The notes under the pieces are model-generated. The model ran no database searches, had not been told where the DNA came from, and saw only the letters and a list, made by a program, of their open reading frames with translations. From Calditrichia bacterium (lineage in GTDB: Bacteria; Calditrichota; Calditrichia; JAJRVZ01), in contig CAWCNS010000008.1 of NCBI GenBank assembly GCA_963796965.1, positions 288,001 through 352,000 on the forward strand: a stretch of 64,000 nucleotides of DNA. The letters are read 5' to 3'. Of the stretch, positions 52,741 to 61,870 are shown one piece after another. The translations under genes were made by a program, and so were the position numbers. Position 1 is the stretch's first letter. Each line of letters opens with the position of its first letter.

Positions 52741-55581
52741 TTACTTTAAGGACAGTCGCACGCCTGCGCGCATCCACCAGCCATAGTATTCCTGTTGCCT
52801 TGGTCGATCGACAATACCAAAGTAATTTACTTCAGGTTCATCCAAAAGATTTACAACCTCTGCAAAAATATCCAGTTCCGGAATGATTTTGTAGCTTGCG
52901 GAAAGATCCATCTGCATATGGCTGTCACGCCACTCATCTTCACTACCGTCAGGCTCTGAGGAAACCTCTACCAGGTATTTACCATGATAATTCAGGGTAA
53001 ACCGGCCTGAAAATCCACCCCATTCATAGGATAGGGCCACATTACCGATATCACCAGCTTGACCAGGTAATGCTTTTACATCTTCTCGTGTATCTTTGAT
53101 CAAGTCAGATTCAGCCCAGGTCTTGGTAAAATTTGCAAAAACACCAAGGCCACCCCACATACCTGGTAGAAAAGTAAATTGCTGTTGCCAGTTTACTTCA
53201 ATACCAATAATACTGGCCTTTCCTCCATTTACTGGGCCTCTGAACTCCCAACCATCAAATTGTGAATCAGGATCATCGATATCATCTCTGAGTTCAAAAA
53301 TTATATTATCCATATCTTTATAGAACACGCCACCGGAAAGCACACCGACACCGACAAAATAATGTTCACCCATCAGATCAAGATTCCATGACTCAGTAAT
53401 TTCCAGATTCGGATTTCCAGCGCGTATTTCTTCCCCATCAAAATCAAGTGAAGAGTACGGTACGAGATCCCAGTAATTTGGCCGTGCCATCGTTCGTGTA
53501 ACAGCAAATCTAAGATTGCTCATCCGGGCTAACGCATATTTCAGATGCAGGTTAGGCATCCACATCCCATAACTTCTGTCATCCGTTGTATCTGAATTAG
53601 CCACCAGGTCACCATCCGTATTCCAACGAAGTACAGATCCTGTATAGTCGTTTTGAGTACCTTCATATCGTAAACCCAATAACACTGTCATTGGATTCAT
53701 ATTAACTGTTGTCATCGCATAACCAGCATAGATATTTTCTTTAGCATCATACGCTTGACCAAATGTATCCCAGATATCGGTACTTCCCTCAAAACCGTCA
53801 GGATTATCCCGCCAGGTGTTAAAGAAATCTTCGACCTTCTTTGCATCTGGTGCCGGGCCATAGCGATAGTTATTATCCAGAAAATCTAACTTGCCTTCAT
53901 CTCTGTCAGCTGCCAATTGGTTCATAAAAACATCATCGCCTTCCCAGTCATATCCGGTACGATCATCTTTACGATCTTTTTGTTTAATACGCACCTTCCC
54001 ACCAAATTTAAAGTCAGAAGCATAGCCAGCCAAAGTATAAGGCATTTTTAAATTGGCGGCAATAACCGTATTTTGGTCAGATGCGGAAGTATTTCGATAG
54101 TCAACACCTCTTAATTCATAACCAGTGGCATCAAATTCATCAAAGACTTCATCATCCCCTACATTTGTTTGATTCCAGGTTGGAAAATTTGGCTTATCAT
54201 AGTTTATTCTGAAATTATAATTATCCTCGATACTACGCCACTCAGAGTCGATCTGTGGTTGATGTTTTTCATCAGCAAAACTATAAGCAACTTTATAGTC
54301 CAGATTTAAACTTCCGAGCTGATGCTCACCACCTGCCGAAAAGGCTTGCTGGATCAATTCTTCAACCCTTTGTCCGGATTCCATCTCGATTCTTGCACCT
54401 TCTAATGTGGTACCATCAGAAGTTAAGTAATCTCCTCGGCCCATGCGTACACGTTTACGGCCAAATTCCTGGTCATCATCCAACTTGTTCCACATTCCAT
54501 CAATAAAAAAGCGGGTGCTTGGATTTGGACGATATTCAAAAGTTCCACCAAATCCCATCCGAGCACGGATATTATAGTAATCTCTTAAATCCACATTATC
54601 TAATGCCCAGCCTCCACGAACCAATCCACCATCTTCGGCATCCGGATCATCATAGTCGGTTTCCTTATTGTGAGCACCCTTATCTGTCTGGTCATAATTT
54701 GCCGTCAAGGTAAGTCCAAAATTCTTATCTTCACCAAAACGGTTACTATAACTAAACTTGCCCTGATAAATTGCGTCACCCCTTAAATTGGTGTATCCCG
54801 CTCCAACAGTTGCACGCAACCGCATTCCGGTATAATCAAAGGCACTACGGGTAATCAGATTGACCGTTCCACCAATGGCATCGCCATCTAAATCTGGTGT
54901 AAGTGCTTTCACGACTTCAATCGAAGCCATCTGATTTGACCCGACGATATCGAGCTGGGAATACCGTTCTTCAACACGGCTCGTCGCCAACTCTTCCCCA
55001 TTGACTTTTACATTTGTTAAACGAGGCTCGGTTCCACGCACCATCACATAGCGCCCTTCTCCTTGACTTCTGTCGATATAGACACCAGGCACGCGCGATA
55101 CAACATCAGCCGTTGTATAATCAGGAAAAAGTTCCATCTGCTCTCTGGAGACAACATTTTTAATATTGGGAGCTACGCGTTGCTGGTTCAGGGCACTCAT
55201 TTGTCCTTCCAACTGACCCTCAACAATGATAACATCCGTTTCCATTGCACTTACGGTTAATCCAATCTCGTCCAGGACTGCCCGCGGTTCAGTGCTGCTA
55301 ATCGATATCTGAGTAGAATAATCCTCATAACCAATATAATTCACTGCCAGATTATAAGATCCCTCAGGGACATTGGAAATAATAAAAAATCCATCCCGAT
55401 CAGTTGCAGCACCCAATGTGGTACCTTCAATAAATACATTCGCACCAGCCAGATAACTGCCCGTAGTACCATCTACAACTCTACCGGCGACCATACCCTG
55501 TGCAAATAGCATGGTCGTTGACATAAAAACGATAATGAAGCAAATCAAAATCCTGCTTAGTGATGATGATTGGTTCACCAT
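52741..55581 (-). CDS. TonB-dependent receptor with N-terminal carboxypeptidase-regulatory-like domain
   Basis: GAATDRDG..NYIGY; plug RVPGV..GEGRYVMVRG..IEVVKALTPDLDGDAIGG; GNPNL; NLLDE. GGAGG precedes ATG at 55581. Confidence 0.92.
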   Translation of the reverse strand: MVNQSSSLSRILICFIIVFMSTTMLFAQGMVAGRVVDGTTGSYLAGANVFIEGTTLGAATDRDGFFIISNVPEGSYNLAVNYIGYEDYSTQISISSTEPRAVLDEIGLTVSAMETDVIIVEGQLEGQMSALNQQRVAPNIKNVVSREQMELFPDYTTADVVSRVPGVYIDRSQGEGRYVMVRGTEPRLTNVKVNGEELATSRVEERYSQLDIVGSNQMASIEVVKALTPDLDGDAIGGTVNLITRSAFDYTGMRLRATVGAGYTNLRGDAIYQGKFSYSNRFGEDKNFGLTLTANYDQTDKGAHNKETDYDDPDAEDGGLVRGGWALDNVDLRDYYNIRARMGFGGTFEYRPNPSTRFFIDGMWNKLDDDQEFGRKRVRMGRGDYLTSDGTTLEGARIEMESGQRVEELIQQAFSAGGEHQLGSLNLDYKVAYSFADEKHQPQIDSEWRSIEDNYNFRINYDKPNFPTWNQTNVGDDEVFDEFDATGYELRGVDYRNTSASDQNTVIAANLKMPYTLAGYASDFKFGGKVRIKQKDRKDDRTGYDWEGDDVFMNQLAADRDEGKLDFLDNNYRYGPAPDAKKVEDFFNTWRDNPDGFEGSTDIWDTFGQAYDAKENIYAGYAMTTVNMNPMTVLLGLRYEGTQNDYTGSVLRWNTDGDLVANSDTTDDRSYGMWMPNLHLKYALARMSNLRFAVTRTMARPNYWDLVPYSSLDFDGEEIRAGNPNLEITESWNLDLMGEHYFVGVGVLSGGVFYKDMDNIIFELRDDIDDPDSQFDGWEFRGPVNGGKASIIGIEVNWQQQFTFLPGMWGGLGVFANFTKTWAESDLIKDTREDVKALPGQAGDIGNVALSYEWGGFSGRFTLNYHGKYLVEVSSEPDGSEDEWRDSHMQMDLSASYKIIPELDIFAEVVNLLDEPEVNYFGIVDRPRQQEYYGWWMRAGVRLSLK

Positions 55582-55828
55582 TTTTTCCTCCAATGTTTAG
55601 GTAAGGTAAACTACTGAATTAAATATAAAAATTTCATGCGTATTAATTAAACGCTCCCGAAACCACCTCCTTTGCAAGGGTTAAGTTAGTTTGATCAATA
55701 AATATTTATATATTTCGACAATATTACGATCCAGGTTCATGAGAAAAATATCAATTATAGAGACATTATTTTGTGAGTATGGGTGTTATAAAACGGAACT
55801 TCTAATTGGATATCACCGGATCTGAAAA

Positions 55829-55857
55829 AATATAGAGCATCGCTCTGTTTTTGTCAA
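55829..55857 (-). promoter_or_regulatory. Near-consensus sigma70 promoter with the operator palindrome in its spacer
   Basis: TTGACA (55857-55852)-17nt-TATATT (55834-55829); TATAGAGC-N3-GCTCTGTT at 55831-55849. Confidence 0.8.
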
Positions 55858-55883
55858 TAGTTTTTTTCAAAATCCAACAATTG

Positions 55884-56651
55884 TCACACGCAGGCCCGAA
55901 GGCCCCCATCCACAAACAAAACATGTCCATTTACATAGTCAGATGCCTTTGAGGCCAGAAAAATTGCAGAACCAACCAGTTCTGCAGGATCTCCCCACCG
56001 ATTTGCCGGGGTTCTAGCACATAACCAGGCATCAAATTTTTCATCCTCATATAATGGTTTTGTTAACTCTGTTTTAAAATACCCTGGTGCAATTCCGTTT
56101 ACCTGGATATTATATTTTCCCCAATCGGTTGCCATTCCCTGTGTAAGTAATTTTAGTCCTCCCTTTGATGCCGTATAGGGTGCAATGGTTGGTCGGGCCA
56201 AATCACTCTGTATGGAACAAATATTGATGATTTTTCCCGCATGGCGTGAAATCATACCGGCAACGACTGCCTTGGAAGTTAGAAATGCACCTGTCAAATT
56301 AATATCGAGGATACTTTGCCAATCTTCTCGGGTAAATTTTTCCAGGGGACCTCGTATGGTAATACCTGCATTGTTGATCAGTATATCAATTGATCCAACT
56401 GTGGATTCAACTTCAGCTATAGCGCTATTGATACTGTCTTCGTCACTAACATCAAATACTGTATAATGTGTATCAACACCGTCAGTACTTAATATATCTG
56501 CTGCTGTCCTTAAAGTAGCTGACTTTCTTCCATTTAAAATTATTGTTGCACCGGCCTTACCCAAACCTTGCGCTAAGGTAAATCCAATTCCACGACTTGA
56601 ACCGGTTATCAGAGCATTCTTTCCCTTAAGACTGAAAATATCCTCAACCAT
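55884..56651 (-). CDS. idnO: Gluconate 5-dehydrogenase/KduD-like SDR
   Basis: TGSSRGIG, NNAG, YTASK, GIAPGYF.TE, RTPANRWG, YVNGH..FVDGG. Confidence 0.8.
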   Translation of the reverse strand: MVEDIFSLKGKNALITGSSRGIGFTLAQGLGKAGATIILNGRKSATLRTAADILSTDGVDTHYTVFDVSDEDSINSAIAEVESTVGSIDILINNAGITIRGPLEKFTREDWQSILDINLTGAFLTSKAVVAGMISRHAGKIINICSIQSDLARPTIAPYTASKGGLKLLTQGMATDWGKYNIQVNGIAPGYFKTELTKPLYEDEKFDAWLCARTPANRWGDPAELVGSAIFLASKASDYVNGHVLFVDGGLRACV

Positions 56652-56682
56652 CTAAACATCCTCCAGACGTACATGTATTTCA

Positions 56683-56766
56683 AACACAAAGAACACCAAG
56701 AAGGCACAAAGTTCACAAAGTTAATTTATATTATTCTTTTCTTTACACCTTGGCGTCTTTGCGAGA
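56683..56766. repeat. Chimeric fold-back element
   Basis: Left arm is CACAAAG type (like 45861); right arm is GGCGTCTTTGCGAGA type (like 8380). Confidence 0.6.
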
Positions 56767-58093
56767 CTATAAAATCATTTTTTTGACCATTTCTATAACT
56801 GACAGGGCTGATTCATAAGCACCCCAAACCGCGAGAATAAAGAGGAAACCCATAACCAAATTCTCCCATAGGCGGTTTTTATATTGATCACCAATATAAC
56901 GACTGTTTGCAGTTATCCACCAAAGTCCACCTGCTAGTGCCGGAATCAAAACAGCCATCAATGTATTAGCAAGAAGTGTCAACGTCACAAAATCTGCCTT
57001 ACCGGTCAGAATCCACACAAATGGTGAAACCATAATCCATAAAGCAATAAATATATAAATCGGATGAGAGCGATAATCAATAACATCACCGCCCTTTGAT
57101 TTCTTACGCCAGCGGTTATAAGCATGACTGCCCAGATAACCCAATCCCAAACCATTACCCAATAAGGAGGTGTACACTGCGCCAAACATGCCCAGATAGA
57201 ACAATTTCCGGCCTCCCTCACCCAGGACCAATCCAAGAAGACCGGTAAGATCATCAAGATTTGTGATAGTCTTGCCACTGTCATGAACCAATTCGGCACC
57301 AAGGGTCCACACGGCCAGGTTGAAAATAATTAATGCGACTACAGCAAGAATAAAATCATAAGTTTGTACCCGGCGGTATTTTGGACTATTCCAACCTTTT
57401 TGTTCCAAGAAAATAGGGATAAACCAGATTTAAAAGCGAACCACCAACTGCGCCAACCATGGCCATAGCCACAGCCATCGCACCAAAAGGTCCCTCTTGT
57501 GGTGGCAGATCAAAGGCGATCGTTCCTTTAACGATGCCGGTAAGATTCGGTCCGACCCATAACGCGGTACCCACCAGACAAACAGTCATAATATTATAAA
57601 AACTTTAAATATCCACTCTACACGGTTCCAGATTGGACGAAAGACAACCAAAAGTCCCAGGAGCACCCAGAAAGAGACCCCATTGCCATTCCTGTCCGAA
57701 TCCGGTTAAACTGACCATGGTTTCACCTATACCGGCTATCATATAGGTTCCGTTAATATGACCAATAACCAGAATAACGAGTAGTAAAAACGGTGCAAAG
57801 TATGGATGCAAGCGAACCAAACCATCTAACAGTCCCTCACCATGCTGATTGCATAACTGATACTTTGCAATAGTGGTAACAAAGAAAAAACGCATTAAAA
57901 GGGCAAATACCATTGCCCACATGAGGGCATAGCCATAGTTTCCACCGGAAACACCGGCTGATACAATATCGCCGGAGCCAAGCCATGTTAGCACAATAAC
58001 AAAACCAGGCCCAAATGATTTCAAATATTGAACGAAAGTTTTTGGAATTGGTGGTTCAGTTTGATTACGTGTATCTTGTTCGTCTGGTTTCAT
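56767..58093 (-). CDS. NRAMP/YcsG-like membrane transporter (frameshifted into three ORFs)
   Basis: FGPGFVIVLTWLGSGDI..GGNYGYALMW, GAVGGS..YPY and multiple TM helices; lacks the MntH DPGN motif. Confidence 0.75.
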
Positions 58094-58361
58094 AGATAAA
58101 TGAATTTTTAATTTCACGCAGCGACGCAGAGACGCAGCGTATAAAAGATTAAGGTAGTTCTATAAAAATACCATTGATTATTTTGTTTCGAATATTCTTT
58201 GAACATTGAGTTAACTATACTTGTGAATAAGTTCAGAATAAATTCACGATTCATCGCTAAGAATTCTCAATTCACAATTAATCAACTTGAACATTGATTA
58301 TTTCGTGTTGACTATTGAATATTTAAAATCACACACATGATTCTGTTATATGAACAATATT

Positions 58362-58386
58362 GGGCGGCCCACCGGGCCGCCCCTAC
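58362..58386 (-). repeat. GTAG-type REP
   Basis: Minus strand GTAG-GGGCGGCCC-GGT-GGGCCGCCC, just downstream of the IclR stop. Confidence 0.7.
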
Positions 58387-58398
58387 ACACTCTATGCT

Positions 58399-59202
58399 TC
58401 ACGCCTTGACGTCAACTCTGGCTGGCCTATACCCCAGGCTCAGCGAAATGCGCATCGTTCCTTTTTTAATCGCTTCACCGATGTCCGAAAAATCTTTTTC
58501 TAAAATTCGTTGTGATGGTCCGGTAATCCAGATAGCAGCAACAGGATACCCCGTCCTGTTAAAAATGGGTGCTCCCACGCAATGCATACCCTGAATTTCT
58601 TCGGCATGATCAACAGCGTATCCTTTTTTCCGAATTTTTTTAAGCTCTTTACGGAAAATTTCTCTATCAGTTATTGTGTTCGCACTATACTTTTTTAATT
58701 TGATCTGTTTAATAAATTCTTCTCGTTCCTCTTCAGGGAGGAATGCCAGCATCGCTTTACCCGGTGCCGCTGTATGAAGATGAAACTTTCTTCCCGGTTC
58801 AAGGACGAAGCGAAAGGAATGCAGCCCCTGCACTTCTTCGACGACCAATCCTTCAGAACCATGGAGAATTCCAAGTGGAACTGTTTCTTTAAATTGATCA
58901 CGCAACTTCCGCATCACACCTAACGACTTCTCAATTAACGTTTGTTCACTTAAAGCCGCATAGCCAAGCGTCAACAGTTTTTGAGAAAGTTGATAAGATT
59001 TTGTTTCATCATCCCGAATCAAATACCCATGCTCAAGCATAGTCTGGGTGATTCTAAAAACACTGTTTCGTGGTATTTTTAGTTTCGCTGTAATCTCGCT
59101 TGAGTTTAGGCCTTCCGGATGCTCAGAGAGTATTTCAAGCACGCGTAGTGCACGGGAAAGGTTGGGCACATGATATTTGTCATTTGTTTTTGATGGCGAC
59201 AT
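58399..59202 (-). CDS. IclR family transcriptional regulator
   Basis: LSRALRVLE HTH, HTAAPGKA, GYAVD.EE..GMHCVGAPI. Confidence 0.93.
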   Translation of the reverse strand: MSPSKTNDKYHVPNLSRALRVLEILSEHPEGLNSSEITAKLKIPRNSVFRITQTMLEHGYLIRDDETKSYQLSQKLLTLGYAALSEQTLIEKSLGVMRKLRDQFKETVPLGILHGSEGLVVEEVQGLHSFRFVLEPGRKFHLHTAAPGKAMLAFLPEEEREEFIKQIKLKKYSANTITDREIFRKELKKIRKKGYAVDHAEEIQGMHCVGAPIFNRTGYPVAAIWITGPSQRILEKDFSDIGEAIKKGTMRISLSLGYRPARVDVKA

Positions 59203-59243
59203 TATAAGCCCGAATTTTGTTTAACATTTAGACGTGATGGCTA

Positions 59244-59298
59244 AATATAAAAACATTGCCTTCTGAACACAAGATTTTTAACCAGTAATAGATACTGG
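59244..59298 (-). promoter_or_regulatory. Candidate iclR promoter and upstream palindrome
   Basis: TTGTGT-17nt-TATATT (59272-59244); CCAGTA-N5-TACTGG at 59282-59298. Confidence 0.4.
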
Positions 59299-59314
59299 AT
59301 ACTGATTATTTTTA

Positions 59315-59392
59315 ATTTTGGATTTTGGATTTTTAATTAATCGTTCCTCCATAGGAGCCGCATGCTAAAATCTGCAATCCAAAATCCAAAAT
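59315..59392. repeat. Fold-back element with 7-nt periodic arms
   Basis: Perfect 17-bp inverted repeat ATTTTGGATTTTGGATT / AATCCAAAATCCAAAAT. Confidence 0.8.
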
Positions 59393-59399
59393 ATGCAAA

Positions 59400-61409
59400 T
59401 CAAGATCCCAACCTCTCAATAATCCTCTTATATATTTTCTCAGATGTAAATCCAAAATAATCCTGAACGACGGTTGCTGGCGCTGATACGCCGAACTCAT
59501 CCTGAGAAATTATCAGACCATCTTTTCCTACAAAACGCTGCCAGCCAAGCCCCCGCCCGGCCTCCACGCTTACCTTTAAGCGCGCAATACCATTCAGAAT
59601 AGAATTTTGATAATCCTTATCCTGTTCATCAAACAATTCCCAGCTGGGCAAAGAAATGACCCTCGTATTCAAACCACCCTCTTCCAGCATTTTTGCAGCG
59701 CCTACTGCCGCATGGATCTCGGAACCTGTCGCAAATATCTCCACATCAACCGGCAACAATGCCTCCCCATAAAGGAAATAAGCACCTTTGCCTACGCCCT
59801 CACGGGCTCTTTCAGAGGTTAACTCACTCACCGTTGAGGCCACAGGCTGCCGGGTAAAACACAAGGCGACGGGTTGATCCTTTATTAACACCGCGTTTAT
59901 CCAGGCTGCTTTAACTTCGTTTTCATCACCCGGCCGGATCATGGTTAAATTAGGAATCAGCCGCAATGACATGAGATGTTCCACAGGATGATGTGTTGGA
60001 CCATCCCACCCCACCATAATCGAATCATGCGAATAAACAAAAATAACATGCTGTTTCATTAAAGCGGCCATGCGCAGGGCATTACGCATATAATCAGAAA
60101 AAACGAGGAAAGTGCCGACCACAGGTTGTAACATTCCATGGAGTTGGATGCCGGTAGCACAGCCAGCCATACAAAATTCTCTTACGCCAAATTTTATCTG
60201 TCTGTGAGACCAGTCGATATCACGAATTATATCACGTTCCTCCAATATCCAGGTAAAGTCACAGCTAACAACATCTGCGGAGCCTGTCACCATATACGGC
60301 AATAAATTTGCCATAACCTGAACCATGGCCTCATTATACTTTCGTGTAGGCAAATTTTGATCGATGGGCATCTGCCATACCATTTCCTCAAATTCATCTG
60401 GGATCCGCTTATACATATAGGTATCCCAGTCACGGGCTTTATCCAGATCACCATTTTTCATTTTGGATAGTTTGACATCCCATTGATTCTCAACTTCTAT
60501 CCATCCAGATTGCAAATCAGTAAAATACTGCCGAACCTCCTCAGGAACATAGAACAATGGCGCTTCCGGCCAACCTATATCCTTTTTTAACAATGACATT
60601 TCTTCGGGACCCAAAAACTGCCCATGGCTGATACTCTTTCCCTGACGATTGGGACAATGCTTTCCGATAATTGTTTTAGCTATGATTAAGGTCGGCTTGT
60701 CCTGGGAATGTCTGCCAGACAAGAAAGCCCTTTCCATTTCATCAAAATCATATCCATCGATCGTAATCACATTAAAACCATAGGCTTCGTAGCGTTTCGC
60801 CGTATCTTCAGTTAAGCAATCCCGGGTCGGGCCATCAAGACAGATATCATTAGAATCATATATAATGACGAGATTATTCAAGCCTAATGTCCCTGCCAGA
60901 CTACCTGATTCAGAACTAATCCCTTCCATGATACATCCATCACCTGCCAACACCCAGATCCGGGCATCAAAAAGATCCGCCCCAAAACGGTTAGCCAGGA
61001 TTTTCTGAGCTATGGCCATTCCAGTACCGACAGCGACACCTTGCCCCAATGGACCGGTGGTTGTTTCAACGCCTGGTGTTTCACCGACTTCAGGATGTCC
61101 GGGTGTGGCTGAATGCAATTCCCGGAAATGCTTAATATCTTCCATACTAACACCATAACCGCAGAGATGAAGCAATGAATATAGAAACATCGAACCATGA
61201 CCGGCAGAGAGTACGAACCTGTCCCGCCCCATCCATTGCGGATTAGCAGGATTATGCCGCAAAATTTTTGAGAACAAACAGGCACCCAACTCAGCAGCCC
61301 CGAGTGGAATCCCCGGATGCCCCGATTGTTGCTTCTCAATAGCATCAGCCGATATAGCACGTACCGCATGAGCTACTTTTTGCAAAATCTCTTTCTCAGA
61401 TCTATCCAT
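59400..61409 (-). CDS. tkt: Transketolase (full length, divergent)
   Basis: SGHPG, RDRFVLSAGH, TTGPLGQG, GDGCIMEG, FGVREF, FSDYMR, DGPTH. Confidence 0.9.
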   Translation of the reverse strand: MDRSEKEILQKVAHAVRAISADAIEKQQSGHPGIPLGAAELGACLFSKILRHNPANPQWMGRDRFVLSAGHGSMFLYSLLHLCGYGVSMEDIKHFRELHSATPGHPEVGETPGVETTTGPLGQGVAVGTGMAIAQKILANRFGADLFDARIWVLAGDGCIMEGISSESGSLAGTLGLNNLVIIYDSNDICLDGPTRDCLTEDTAKRYEAYGFNVITIDGYDFDEMERAFLSGRHSQDKPTLIIAKTIIGKHCPNRQGKSISHGQFLGPEEMSLLKKDIGWPEAPLFYVPEEVRQYFTDLQSGWIEVENQWDVKLSKMKNGDLDKARDWDTYMYKRIPDEFEEMVWQMPIDQNLPTRKYNEAMVQVMANLLPYMVTGSADVVSCDFTWILEERDIIRDIDWSHRQIKFGVREFCMAGCATGIQLHGMLQPVVGTFLVFSDYMRNALRMAALMKQHVIFVYSHDSIMVGWDGPTHHPVEHLMSLRLIPNLTMIRPGDENEVKAAWINAVLIKDQPVALCFTRQPVASTVSELTSERAREGVGKGAYFLYGEALLPVDVEIFATGSEIHAAVGAAKMLEEGGLNTRVISLPSWELFDEQDKDYQNSILNGIARLKVSVEAGRGLGWQRFVGKDGLIISQDEFGVSAPATVVQDYFGFTSEKIYKRIIERLGS

Positions 61410-61683
61410 AAATCATTTCCTTTTGAGATATAAGCACAATATTACTGAATAGAGTTACAGGACGATCACCCTAAATTCACGACTCATCTTAAAATATTGA
61501 TTTGCAAAAAAATTCGATTTTCTTGCAAATTTGGTTGTATATTTAGACAGACCATCTAAATATATTACATAAGTTTTTTAATTGCAATCAAGAACTTAAG
61601 TAAAATCTTACCAGTTCTTCATTTATAATACTGGAATCAGGTATTATAAGTGAATAATTTATTTGAAGTAAAAAAGTGAATAT

Positions 61684-61807
61684 TTCTTTAAACGCAGAGT
61701 TCGCGGAGAACGCAAAGAAAAGTATTAACTTCTATTTAAAAGTATGAAAATAAACTCTGCGGTACTCAGCGTTCTCAGCGTTCTCAGCGTTCTCAGCGTT
61801 AAAGAAG
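61684..61807. repeat. Fold-back element (AACGCAGAG type) with expanded (TTCTCAGCG)n arm
   Basis: AACGCAGAGTTCGCGGAGAACGCAAAG ... CTCTGCGGTACTCAGCG(TTCTCAGCG)3TTAAAGAA. Confidence 0.85.
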
Positions 61808-61870
61808 ATTTACATAATTAAACTACTATAGTTGTACGTGACAATAAATCTTAACCTAATAGGATAAAAA

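Noticed and set aside
3693..58093. Mass pseudogenisation or programmed frameshifting of about 11 genes
   Set aside because: Breaks are mostly small indels with well-conserved protein on both sides and no common slippery heptamer. They cluster at AGCT and homopolymers, which fits sequencing error better.
61611..61634. Second copy of the CCAGTA-N5-TACTGG palindrome upstream of tkt
   Set aside because: Only one half-site matches at the same spacing, which is too weak to call.
61765..61800. Tandem TTCTCAGCG or other repeats as a CRISPR array
   Set aside because: The units are 9 nt with no unique spacers, and there are no cas genes.
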